31,518 nucleotides of DNA from Candidatus Thorarchaeota archaeon (GCA_048882385.1 JBHLRQ010000030.1:1-31518); one strand, 5' to 3'. Positions 1 through 8,967 are shown, numbered from the stretch's first letter. A program made the numbers and translations. The notes: generated by a model not told the origin, from the letters alone.

Positions 1-776
1 ACTATTGCAATGAGTAATTCACCGCATATGAACCCAGTAAACCAAATCAATTCCATAAACTGGAGGGGATTAGATTGTAGTATGTACAAGCCAATGACAT
101 GTAGCCAGATCAAGATACCAAGGAAAGCTGCCAAATCTAGTCTATTCCCTTCAGATTTCCATGCTGTGTAGTACCTCCACAATGCTACCAAAAACGTAGG
201 CAAAAGAAATACCAAGATGAGATATGCAGCCGGTGTCATTCCACCTCCAGGATAAGTTGTTCGAAATACTGGTTCTGGATTGAACATAAACCACAATGAA
301 GTCAATGGACTCAGTAACAAACCCCATAGGATGGCTAACAGAATTCGTTTCTTGTTCAACTGGATTTCTTCTGAAATACCAACAAAAAGAACAGATGGTG
401 CTAAAACCAATGAAAATGCTGCTACAATAGTTCTGTTTCTCGCTTGGTCTGCAAATGGAGAAATTGACATCATTGAAACATTGGTTAGGTAGTAAAGAAC
501 TGATGTGAGTATCATGTTCAAAGCCATGAAAACAAGTGCTAGGTGACGGAATTGTTTCTGCATTGAGTATTGCGCAATCGAGTAAGTGAATATGACTCCT
601 GCTAACATTGCTGCAATAGGAACTAGAATGGAAAGGATCAGCGCCATGTCTTCTGGAACCATTATAATGAATGCGCTTCCAGATAGAACTAGAATTAGAC
701 TCGATATAACAACTGCTGAGAAGATGACTAAAAGGATGAAATCACCAAGACTCAGTGATCTTTTCTTTTGCATCAT
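1..776 (-). CDS. Polytopic membrane protein, 3'-truncated at window edge; possibly the N-terminal membrane sensor region (MASE3-like) of a signalling protein
   Basis: Not in the ORF track (no stop in window). Manual translation from ATG at 776 reads MMQKKRSLSLGDFILLVIFSAVVISSLILVLSG...FMELIWFTGFICGELLIAI, open for ~258 codons to the edge, with about 7-8 hydrophobic segments. A GGGGA SD-like motif lies just upstream. The sensor role is inference. Confidence 0.75.
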   Translation of the reverse strand, partial: MMQKKRSLSLGDFILLVIFSAVVISSLILVLSGSAFIIMVPEDMALILSILVPIAAMLAGVIFTYSIAQYSMQKQFRHLALVFMALNMILTSVLYYLTNVSMMSISPFADQARNRTIVAAFSLVLAPSVLFVGISEEIQLNKKRILLAILWGLLLSPLTSLWFMFNPEPVFRTTYPGGGMTPAAYLILVFLLPTFLVALWRYYTAWKSEGNRLDLAAFLGILIWLHVIGLYILQSNPLQFMELIWFTGFICGELLIAI

Positions 777-906
777 GCATCCCCAGTTTTAATAGAATAC
801 GAGATGCTAGATTTGACATATTAACAAATTTACTACGTTTGGAGGATGAAAGCTATAGGAACCTCCTAATTAGGAATATATACAGAGTTTCTTAGAAAAA
901 ACAGGA

Positions 907-1506
907 ATGACAGATCAGTTGGAGCTTATGGTCAAGTATCTGATATACTTACAGTTCTATTCTGAAGAAGAGAATGTCCTTTACAGTCGTGATAAGAAGC
1001 ACCGCATTTCAATAGAGGGTATTGGTCCAGTCATTGCTGCATTTGAGGAAGAGTTCAGAAGTCGTGTTCATTTGATAAGACGTAAAGAGTTTCGTAAATT
1101 TCTTGTTGAGATTGCCAAGTCTGTTCCTTTTGAAATCGAGCCAGTTCTCCTACAGTTCAATGACAATGTTAGAGAGATAGGTAGTCACAATCTCACTGAT
1201 GAATTATCAGCAAACTTCTTGATTGGTCCAATCAGATCAGCTCTCCAGACAAGAGAGTTTGATGATTGTATGTACAACATCCGAAGAAAGGCGATACGAC
1301 GAAAAGGTGGTGGAGAAGCCAAATCCATCGTAGATAATCGAATATCAGACTTCTATTCGAGAAATGAATTCTCTGTATCTATGCTTCATAATATTGCATT
1401 TTTGAAACTGTTGACCACACTATATGGTTCTGAGGAGATACAAGATAAGGTCGGGATGATCTACGAGCAGTTCTGTGAAGAGCTAATTGTAAAACTGTCC
1501 AAGTAA
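907..1506 (+). CDS. Hypothetical soluble protein (199 aa)
   Basis: Long ORF filling the gap between neighbours, ATG preceded by AGGA, normal composition; no motif recognised. Confidence 0.75.
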   Translation: MTDQLELMVKYLIYLQFYSEEENVLYSRDKKHRISIEGIGPVIAAFEEEFRSRVHLIRRKEFRKFLVEIAKSVPFEIEPVLLQFNDNVREIGSHNLTDELSANFLIGPIRSALQTREFDDCMYNIRRKAIRRKGGGEAKSIVDNRISDFYSRNEFSVSMLHNIAFLKLLTTLYGSEEIQDKVGMIYEQFCEELIVKLSK

Positions 1507-1526
1507 TGAGTTATGGACGTTTACGA

Positions 1527-2921
1527 CTACTCTTTACTCGATCCTGAGAACCTGAATGAAGGTAGCTTCATCGCAGGAACTAGTCCAATGGGTGGAGTTT
1601 CCCGGAATTCAGAGTAACTTCCTATCATGTCGATTCTATTGAAGAACCTAGGAATTGAATCTGTAAATCTAAGAGTGTTTAGAGGATATTGAATCTCACC
1701 AGCATCTATAAACCAAGTCCCATCACGAGTAAGTCCAGTAAGAACACCCTCAGTTGGATTTACTGGGTTCATGTAATGAAAGTGTGTGACTAGAACTGCT
1801 CTTTTTGAATCTGATATCATCTCCTCAACTTGCACCTCTCCTTCCTCGACTATAATGTGACGCGCAATTGGCTCAGCTGGTCCCCACCATCTTGAATGAT
1901 TACCAGTGCTTTCTACGTCGTCTTTAGATGCAGTCAAAGTATCATAGACTAGATTCTTTACAACACCTTGTTCAATCAAGTCCACCTTTTGGTGTGGAAC
2001 TCCCTCTTCGTCGAATAAAGACGCACCAACAAGTCGATCATCTAACGCGTTGTCCCATACAGTCAATTCAGGGGAGAAGACTTGTTCCCCAATTCTATCT
2101 CGTAGATAGCTCATGAATTCCTGATGTCTTCGAGCCCCAAATCCAATTAGTACAGAATAGAATAGAAGATCAGCCACTGCTGCAGGCTCGAGAATCACAT
2201 TATATTCTCCAGGTTGAAGGTCCTTCTTCCCAAACCCATTTGCAGCTTTTTCAGCTGCAACATTGGAAACACTCTCAACTTTCAGTTCTCCAATTTTTCT
2301 ACTAGCATCAGTAGCCCAACCTGTAGCTTCTTCAGTCCCATCACGAGCAATTATTGTCAATTCAGTATCTGCATATGTTCTCATTTCATATCCTTCAATT
2401 CCCAGAGAATTGGAAACAACTCTCTCACTCGAAACATTCTGTACATATCCAGCAACTGCATTAATTCTACTATCAACTTCATGAGCAGTATCAATGGCCA
2501 ATTTAGCAAGTTCAGCTCTCTGCTCAGGAGTTGTGTTCCGTGTATCCTCAGAAACGAGGTCTCTCAAATCGAGATCTGTAGAGTATGATTTTGGAGATGG
2601 TAGGGATTTGAATTCCAAATTCTCTGGAGAAATCCGTGCCAATGAAGCAGCCTGTTCCACTGCTTTTCTTAGGTCGATATCATCAAAGACCTCCGACTCA
2701 ACTGTGCCAGCTCTCAGTCCAAAGTAAAGGAGAATTCGTACATTTGCATGGTTCTCTGAAACATTCTGATCGATTATACTGTTAGCTAGTCTGGTCAGAT
2801 TCCTGTTTACCAAAACTATCGATACTTGAGCTTGTGATGCTCCTATCTTCTCAGCTTCCTTGAGAACTAAACCGGCTTTATCAAGTAGTAATTGCTTGTT
2901 GTTCCTCATTTCATTTCCCAT
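1527..2921 (-). CDS. pmbA: TldE/PmbA family protein (non-catalytic partner of TldD)
   Basis: PGEYNVILEPAAV, FDEEGVP and TGLTRDG motifs; no HExxxH; overlaps the stop of tldD. Confidence 0.9.
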   Translation of the reverse strand: MGNEMRNNKQLLLDKAGLVLKEAEKIGASQAQVSIVLVNRNLTRLANSIIDQNVSENHANVRILLYFGLRAGTVESEVFDDIDLRKAVEQAASLARISPENLEFKSLPSPKSYSTDLDLRDLVSEDTRNTTPEQRAELAKLAIDTAHEVDSRINAVAGYVQNVSSERVVSNSLGIEGYEMRTYADTELTIIARDGTEEATGWATDASRKIGELKVESVSNVAAEKAANGFGKKDLQPGEYNVILEPAAVADLLFYSVLIGFGARRHQEFMSYLRDRIGEQVFSPELTVWDNALDDRLVGASLFDEEGVPHQKVDLIEQGVVKNLVYDTLTASKDDVESTGNHSRWWGPAEPIARHIIVEEGEVQVEEMISDSKRAVLVTHFHYMNPVNPTEGVLTGLTRDGTWFIDAGEIQYPLNTLRFTDSIPRFFNRIDMIGSYSEFRETPPIGLVPAMKLPSFRFSGSSKE

Positions 2922-4374
2922 CCATTATTCCAACACGCACATTGTGGAATCTTGCTGTTCCACAACCATGGCCAACATACATCACCTGCGGTGGTTGACC
3001 CTTTCCACAATTTGGAGTCCCCCAGACCCTCCAGTCATCCTTGGAGGAGGCATCCATACTTCCCCAGAACTCAGGTGTGATTCCTGTGTAGGTGGGGTTC
3101 TTGAGAATTTGACCAATCTCTCCATCAGCAATCTCCCAAGCAATCTCTGTACCAAACTGAAAATTGAGTCGTTTGTCGTCTATACTCCAGCTCTTGTTTG
3201 TCGACATCAGGATTCCTTGTTTTGTGTCTTCAATGATCTCATCACGAAGCCAACCTGATGGGTCGAGATTGATATTCACCATTCTAATCAAAGGGAGTTT
3301 CTGAGGGCTATCAGCTCTCATTCCGCCTGAACTCTCTTTCAATCCTACAAGAGCGGCAGTTTCTCTTGAGCTCTGATATCCTACAAAGAGCCCATTTTTC
3401 ACCAGTTCAACTCGTTTTGCTTTCACACCCTCATCATCATAACCGAATGTACCAAGACCTCCAGGTATTGTAGAATCAGAAACAAGAGTAACATGTTCAC
3501 TTCCATATCGAAGTGAATTCAATAGATCAACTGTCATGAAACTAGTTCCAGCATAGGCTGCTTCTGTTCCAAGAACTCTATCTAGTTCAGTTGGATGTCC
3601 GGTACTCTCGTGTATCTGAAGCATGAGCTGATGTCCATCGAGGAGAAGTGTTGCTTTGTCGGTTGGACATTGTTTTGCAGTAGTTAGGGCTATCGCTTCT
3701 GCCGCAATCCTTTCAGTATTTTCAAGCAACTGTCGAGATTCAAAGAATTCGTAACCATTTGTAGAGAAGTCTCCTCGAAATGAACCAGGAAATGATCTCC
3801 TTTGTGGAGGCGAACCAGGATTGATTGCCATGCACGAAAAACCTCCACCACAGAAAACAATCTTCTGAGTGATATATGCACCTTCTGTGCTACTAAATAT
3901 CTTATCTTCAGAATGACCACGGTAGTCAGCTTTGGTGAATTTGATGACTTCAGGATCATATTGTTTGAGACGCTTATCTACCTCGAGAAGAAGGTCAACC
4001 TTTTCTTCAATTGAAACCTTGAATGGGTCCTTCTTGATTGGAGTGGAGTAACTATCAACTGCAGCCTTTTCATCAACCAATTCAACTGGACTTCTCCTTG
4101 TTGCTCCTGAGGCTTTGGCAATCCTCACCGCGAGTTCTGCAACTCTATGAACCTCATCCTTTGAAGGATTATATGAACCTGCAAATCCGAAACCCCCATC
4201 AGCAAGACATCGTATCCCAAAGCCAACTTCCTCGCGGACTTCTAATACTGAGATGTTTCCAAGTTTGACGGAGATATCTTCATCTTTTATTGTAACAAAT
4301 CGGATATCAGCATATGATGCACCAAGTTTTCTACATGTATCCAGAGCAAGCTCAGATAGATCCTTCACAAACAC
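2911..4374 (-). CDS. tldD: TldD metalloprotease
   Basis: YADIR N-terminus, GFGIR, HExxxH (HESTGH), YDDEG and C-terminal CGKGQP. GGTGA SD; the real start may be the GTG at 4368. Confidence 0.93.
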   Translation of the reverse strand: MFVKDLSELALDTCRKLGASYADIRFVTIKDEDISVKLGNISVLEVREEVGFGIRCLADGGFGFAGSYNPSKDEVHRVAELAVRIAKASGATRRSPVELVDEKAAVDSYSTPIKKDPFKVSIEEKVDLLLEVDKRLKQYDPEVIKFTKADYRGHSEDKIFSSTEGAYITQKIVFCGGGFSCMAINPGSPPQRRSFPGSFRGDFSTNGYEFFESRQLLENTERIAAEAIALTTAKQCPTDKATLLLDGHQLMLQIHESTGHPTELDRVLGTEAAYAGTSFMTVDLLNSLRYGSEHVTLVSDSTIPGGLGTFGYDDEGVKAKRVELVKNGLFVGYQSSRETAALVGLKESSGGMRADSPQKLPLIRMVNINLDPSGWLRDEIIEDTKQGILMSTNKSWSIDDKRLNFQFGTEIAWEIADGEIGQILKNPTYTGITPEFWGSMDASSKDDWRVWGTPNCGKGQPPQVMYVGHGCGTARFHNVRVGIMDGK

Positions 4375-4432
4375 TCACCATATTGTTTCGAGAGTTGCTG
4401 AGATAATACTCTTTCTGAAGAATTGGTCAATA

Positions 4433-5317
4433 CTACTTAGTACTCAGCAAATGGAGAACATCTCTCATCTTGCTTACTTGCATCTGAGAGTGTGGAATTG
4501 ACATCTTATCAAATTCAGGAACGAACCATTCTTCGTACCAGTCAAGTAGAATTTGGAGACCATCCCATATCTCATCTGCACTCTTTACACGAGATCGTCT
4601 ATAATAATCCAGAATTTCTTTAGGAAATCTATTCTCAGCTCGTCGGGTGCCTTCGTCGTGATAACCTAGTAACCAACCGCATAATGTCAACAGATCATTT
4701 CTTATCCAGTCAATATCAGCCAGTGCTGTAAGTTCCTCACCTCTTACCAAATGACCAGCAGTGATGAAACAGAAAACTGGGATTGCAGGAGCTCTTCCAA
4801 TAAGGGTAGGCATCACATCATCAATATTGAATGAAATTGCTTTAGCTTTATCTACAATCCCCTTTGCAAGTCCCTTTCGATCAAAGAGAATCTTAGCTGA
4901 GCCAGCTCTCCAACGTGCACTTATTTCGTCACAGGTTGCTACACTTAGTTCAAACTTAACAAAAGGATGAAGATAGATAATACAATCATTTGGGAAAGCT
5001 GTTGATGGAAAACATTGGATTATTGACTCAACCTCTTCTAGTTCATCTATGATCAATTCAAGAATAGTCTGAGAAGCTGATGAGTCTCCTTCATGAATTA
5101 TCTGGAAATCAATGTCAGAGAATACATCCCCTTCTCCAAGTCCAAGAGATCCCTTCAGAAGTACACCTTCAACATTGTCAATGGCTTTAGCAATCTTGAC
5201 AGCTTTGTCAATGAGTCTTTGGTGATACTTTGTTGTTGATATGTCTTTAAGGAATGATTCGAATTCCTTCATATCAGGGAGAGGTCCAACCTTTGTCTTA
5301 ACCAAGAAAACCGCCAA
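4433..5317 (-). CDS. Pol-beta superfamily nucleotidyltransferase (aminoglycoside/lincosamide adenylyltransferase-like architecture)
   Basis: hGS-x-DxD motif (LKGSLGLGEGDVFSDIDF), ILFDRKG and a helical C-terminal domain. Start uncertain (TTG 5317 or ATG 5272). Confidence 0.75.
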   Translation of the reverse strand: MAVFLVKTKVGPLPDMKEFESFLKDISTTKYHQRLIDKAVKIAKAIDNVEGVLLKGSLGLGEGDVFSDIDFQIIHEGDSSASQTILELIIDELEEVESIIQCFPSTAFPNDCIIYLHPFVKFELSVATCDEISARWRAGSAKILFDRKGLAKGIVDKAKAISFNIDDVMPTLIGRAPAIPVFCFITAGHLVRGEELTALADIDWIRNDLLTLCGWLLGYHDEGTRRAENRFPKEILDYYRRSRVKSADEIWDGLQILLDWYEEWFVPEFDKMSIPHSQMQVSKMRDVLHLLSTK

Positions 5318-5371
5318 AGGTTGAGGTTTGATATTCCAACAAGAATCTATCGAATCGCAAATTGAAGCAAG

Positions 5372-5653
5372 TTAGTCAATCGGAAGCTCATCGTGAGCTC
5401 CGAATGCTTTGAAGATGAAAGCCATTGAGAGTCCAATAAAGAAAATAATGACTACGAAGCTTCCCATGACAATAGGTCCAGTCCAACTATTCAAGACAAA
5501 ATATTGACCGTAATTGTAGGTTGACAGACCCGAAATATCGCTGATAACTTGAATTATGAAAGACATAGCAGGATAACATGCAATAGCTAGAGAAATGAAG
5601 ACTATTCTCTGGACTATGGCTTTCTTGTACCAAGGTTTGTTTTTGGACGACAT
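5372..5653 (-). CDS. Small two-TM membrane protein, paralogous to the C-terminal domain of 5747..6649
   Basis: PWYK...IIQVISDISGL...FVLN.WTGP..M.SFV.IIFF..LS.AFIFKAF shared with the upstream protein; GGAG SD upstream. Confidence 0.8.
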   Translation of the reverse strand: MSSKNKPWYKKAIVQRIVFISLAIACYPAMSFIIQVISDISGLSTYNYGQYFVLNSWTGPIVMGSFVVIIFFIGLSMAFIFKAFGAHDELPID

Positions 5654-5746
5654 TCTGGTAGCTGCTCCATCAGAAATTGTATTGCGGTATGATAACCTCG
5701 GAATTTCCAGTTATCAATGCATCTATGATGACATAGGCTAGGAAGG

Positions 5747-6649
5747 TTAGAATTCTAGTTCCTGAGTAGTTGAGAATGCTTTGAAGATGAAGGCAAGCGA
5801 AAGAGCCATGAAAAAGATGATTGCTACAAATGAAGCCATTATTGGTGGACCTGTGAAATCGTTAAGTACAAAGAATGGTCTACTCTCGGACCAAGCAGCT
5901 AACCCGCTGATATCACTAATTATCTGAATTACAATTCCCATCAATACAAAAGAAAATCCAGATCCAAAGAGATAGGCAACTCGTTTAAACCATGCATTCT
6001 TGTACCACGGTTGCTTTGTCTTGGATTTGCTGGTTTTTATCTCATGTTTCAAATCAGTATTCCAGGTGCGTGTGCTTGTAGTGATTCTCTTCTTTATGCC
6101 TGATGATGAGATTAGTTTTGCATCCCGTCTGTTTTCTAGTCTACTTTTGAAGAAGTATTTTGTCTGAGACCAACTGATGTCGTGCCTTCTCTTGAGTAGT
6201 TTGTTCATAAGGTATAATGTAAACAGGAATGAAAAGCCTCCTGTCCAAAAGGGTGGGTAAACCATTCCACCTACGAAAGGCAGATAGTAGAATGTAACAT
6301 TATACGCTGCCATTGCAACCCTGAGGGCAATGACTAATGATAGGTAGAATGTATCTGGCCCTCTAGGTCTCCAACGAGTATGAAGGTAGTATGAACCAGC
6401 CATCATACAGAAAAACGTGAATCCTAGAATGTTGATCAAAGACCACGGAAACCAAAATCCAGCAGCTAGTAGCTCACGTGTTAAAGGGTTGAATTCAACC
6501 TCAAATCCATAGAGCTGAGTCATGGCAAGAGTGTACACTGTATCAATAACTCCGATTGGTATTAGCATCAAGACTAATGCACGGACCCAACGTTCAATCC
6601 ACCATTCTGTGAAGAGTTCGTGTGGAGTTATTGTTGACAGGTTTTTCAT
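5747..6649 (-). CDS. Membrane protein with N-terminal DUF5658-like domain and C-terminal two-TM domain
   Basis: D-xx-xT...E-x-NP motif (IDTVYTLAMTQLYGFEVEFNPL) in a 4-TM region, a basic linker, then two further TMs. Confidence 0.75.
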   Translation of the reverse strand: MKNLSTITPHELFTEWWIERWVRALVLMLIPIGVIDTVYTLAMTQLYGFEVEFNPLTRELLAAGFWFPWSLINILGFTFFCMMAGSYYLHTRWRPRGPDTFYLSLVIALRVAMAAYNVTFYYLPFVGGMVYPPFWTGGFSFLFTLYLMNKLLKRRHDISWSQTKYFFKSRLENRRDAKLISSSGIKKRITTSTRTWNTDLKHEIKTSKSKTKQPWYKNAWFKRVAYLFGSGFSFVLMGIVIQIISDISGLAAWSESRPFFVLNDFTGPPIMASFVAIIFFMALSLAFIFKAFSTTQELEF

Positions 6650-6791
6650 GGATCAATCAGCTTCCGACACACCAGGCTGGGCATACTAGATATAATAGTT
6701 CGCCACTCAGCAACTAAAGGTTTTTCGAGTATTCACTTTGACCTTTTTATAAGTATAACTTTGAGGCAATCGAATCTTGTTCTTGAAATTG

Positions 6792-6830
6792 AAAAAAAGA
6801 AAGGATGACAGAGGCCGAAGCCTCTGCATC
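6792..6830 (-). terminator. Hairpin plus U-tract terminator downstream of the peptide-binding protein gene
   Basis: Minus strand reads GAUG-CAGAGGC-UUCG-GCCUCUG-U-CAUC followed by CUUUCUUUUUUU, 30 nt after the stop at 6861. Confidence 0.85.
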
Positions 6831-6860
6831 TTGCACATTACTTGTTCTACCTTACCTAAC

Positions 6861-8723
6861 CTATGCGGTTGGGTATGTCTTGTAGAGGTGGTAGAAGTAT
6901 ACTTGGTGCATTGGGTTGTACACTAGACCATCGCCATGTAGCCATGCTCTCCAAGTTCTAAACTCGGTGGGCTGGTACATCCATAGGTATGGTGCATCAT
7001 CAGCGAGTTGCTCCTGAATCAGACTGTAAAGTCTAGCACGCTCGACAAGATCGGTTTCGACCTTGGCGTCCTCGTACCATGTGTTAACATCTGAGTTGTT
7101 GTAGGAGATTCTCTGGGCGTAGGTACCAACGTGGTAGGCGAATGGGAAGACGTAGTTGTCTGGGTCAGCATAGTCAGGAGCCCAACCGACGAAGAAGATA
7201 GGCATCCTCTTCTCACGGATGTGATCCAGATAGTTGGACCACTCGAGAGCCTGAGTTGAAACTGTCATAGCGGCATCGAGGCCGGTATCATCAGCTGCTG
7301 AGTCAGCCCACATGTCAGTGAGACCGTCAGCGAGTAGCAGACAGCCCTGTTCTCTAACAGTGTTACCACTGTTGTAGTAGAGAGTAATGTGGTTGTCCAG
7401 AGCGTTGAGTGCATCAACGAAGCCAGAGTCAGCCATAGCCAAGTTCCATTCTTCGACTGCTGCAGTCAAGTTGTATTCCCAGTTGTACGCGCTATCGTTG
7501 TGACCAAACATTCCGATGGGTATACATCCTTTACCTTGGACACCGAATCCATTCAGTGCTGCGGATAGGAATGCAGTATAATCCATGGCCCATGATGCGG
7601 CTCTTCTGAAGTTCACCCATTGGAATGGGCTTGTGAACTCTTCAAGGGTAGAACCTGTGGTCATGTTGATTATTCCCATGTTGAATCCGAAGAAGATCAC
7701 AGTGTAGCTGTATCCACCAGTAGAGACAAAGATGTTAGGATCTGAGCTCTCTTCTGTAACGTTGTCCCAAATATCGAGGGCGTTTGTGGTTGGCCAGTAT
7801 GCACCGTCAATTGTTCCAGTTCTAAGGTTCAATGAACGACCGTTAACGTCTTCGTTGGTCTTGATGAAGACCTTTTCAATTGAGCCAGCACCAGTGCTGG
7901 TTGAGGTCCTCCAGTAATTGTCATAGAGGTCCAACTCAATGAACTGATCAGGCACCCAGTCAGTGAGCATGTAAGGTCCAGTACCACAGGTTTGTGTGGT
8001 CATTGGATTCTCGAACTCACCATAGTCGACACCATATGCATCCCAGGTAGCCCATGCTGCATCACTTGCGTGAGCAATAACATAGCTGGGACTCATTATT
8101 GCACCAACCTCATAGGTGTATGCAGCAATGAAAGCTGTGTATGGCTCTGCTAGTCTGAATCGAATGGTGCTCTCATCCATTACGATGATTGAGCTTGAGT
8201 TTTCAACCCAGTCGTCAAAAGCAGCCTTGAATGCGGCTGATGAAGGACCATCGCCAAAGGCAGCGGCCTCAACTGCAGCACCACCAAGAATTGGCTCTGC
8301 AAGCATCCACACAGGACCATCTGGGTAGAAGATTTTCATTGCACGCTCGAAGTTCCATTTGACACAGCTAGCGTTGAATGGTGTACCATCATGGAAGGTG
8401 ATACCTGTCCTCAACGTGATTGTGTAGTTTAGACCATCAGCAGATAGTACCGGTGCTGAAGCTGCCAGCAATGGTACATCTGGGTCAGTTACAGCGCTGT
8501 CCCACGGATACGTGTACAACGTCTCGTATATATTATATTGTACCCACGAACCGAAGCTCTCGTAGTTTACATGCGGATCCATATAATCGGGGTTACCAAT
8601 TGTCTCCCATATCAGAGTATTTTCTGGCGGCCTGGTAGGCTGCTGCATGAAGACAAAGGCGACTCCTGCGCCCGCTATAACAACTACAATAACAACGATC
8701 GCAAGTAGTTGATTTCTTTCCAC
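6861..8723 (-). CDS. ABC transporter substrate-binding protein, family 5 (OppA/DppA-like), N-terminally membrane anchored
   Basis: N-terminal TM; DPH...IYETL, LRTGITFHDGTPFNA, GTGPY and GWAPDYADPDNY motifs; GTG start with GGAGG SD; many N-x-S/T sequons. Confidence 0.93.
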   Translation of the reverse strand: MERNQLLAIVVIVVVIAGAGVAFVFMQQPTRPPENTLIWETIGNPDYMDPHVNYESFGSWVQYNIYETLYTYPWDSAVTDPDVPLLAASAPVLSADGLNYTITLRTGITFHDGTPFNASCVKWNFERAMKIFYPDGPVWMLAEPILGGAAVEAAAFGDGPSSAAFKAAFDDWVENSSSIIVMDESTIRFRLAEPYTAFIAAYTYEVGAIMSPSYVIAHASDAAWATWDAYGVDYGEFENPMTTQTCGTGPYMLTDWVPDQFIELDLYDNYWRTSTSTGAGSIEKVFIKTNEDVNGRSLNLRTGTIDGAYWPTTNALDIWDNVTEESSDPNIFVSTGGYSYTVIFFGFNMGIINMTTGSTLEEFTSPFQWVNFRRAASWAMDYTAFLSAALNGFGVQGKGCIPIGMFGHNDSAYNWEYNLTAAVEEWNLAMADSGFVDALNALDNHITLYYNSGNTVREQGCLLLADGLTDMWADSAADDTGLDAAMTVSTQALEWSNYLDHIREKRMPIFFVGWAPDYADPDNYVFPFAYHVGTYAQRISYNNSDVNTWYEDAKVETDLVERARLYSLIQEQLADDAPYLWMYQPTEFRTWRAWLHGDGLVYNPMHQVYFYHLYKTYPTA

Positions 8724-8910
8724 TTAGCTTTTCCTCCTTCGAGGGAAGCGATATGCTTCCTCCTTCAGTTGCGACTGAATAGTTAGGAATAGATTGGATA
8801 CGATCGAGGTACGCCCTCTGAGTCTTCGACCTTTCGGGAAATAGTACCTCATCTTAGGAATCTTGCGTACATAATTAGCTAATATACATTGCGGATTTTG
8901 GACCCGCATA
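8724..8910 (-). promoter_or_regulatory. Putative structured 5' leader of the substrate-binding protein gene
   Basis: Several stems (GAGGUAC/GUACCUC, UUCAGU/ACUGAA, UGCGGG/UCCGCA) and a duplicated GAAGGAGGAA flanking an anti-SD. Confidence 0.5.
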
Positions 8911-8967
8911 AATTTATGGCTTTAAAATGTGAAAAGTGTAAGAATGATAAAATTACTAATTGATAAT

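Noticed and set aside
280-792. Plus-strand ORFs 280..492 and 586..792
   Set aside because: Antisense shadows of the minus-strand membrane protein gene; no independent motifs.
6861-8723. Higher GC content suggesting horizontal transfer
   Set aside because: The bias toward C-ending codons, archaeal-style N-terminal anchor and sequons fit high expression; there are no mobility genes or flanking repeats.
8731-8850. Similarity of CUGAAGGAG/CCGAAAGG to glycine or c-di-GMP riboswitch motifs
   Set aside because: The other required conserved elements (e.g. GGAGA...CUCAGG in order) are missing; no known class can be assigned by eye.
8802-8853. AUGA...GA around a stem resembling a eukaryote/Asgard-type SECIS core
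   Set aside because: Helix register does not fit, it lies 5' of the gene, and no neighbouring gene shows an in-frame UGA.
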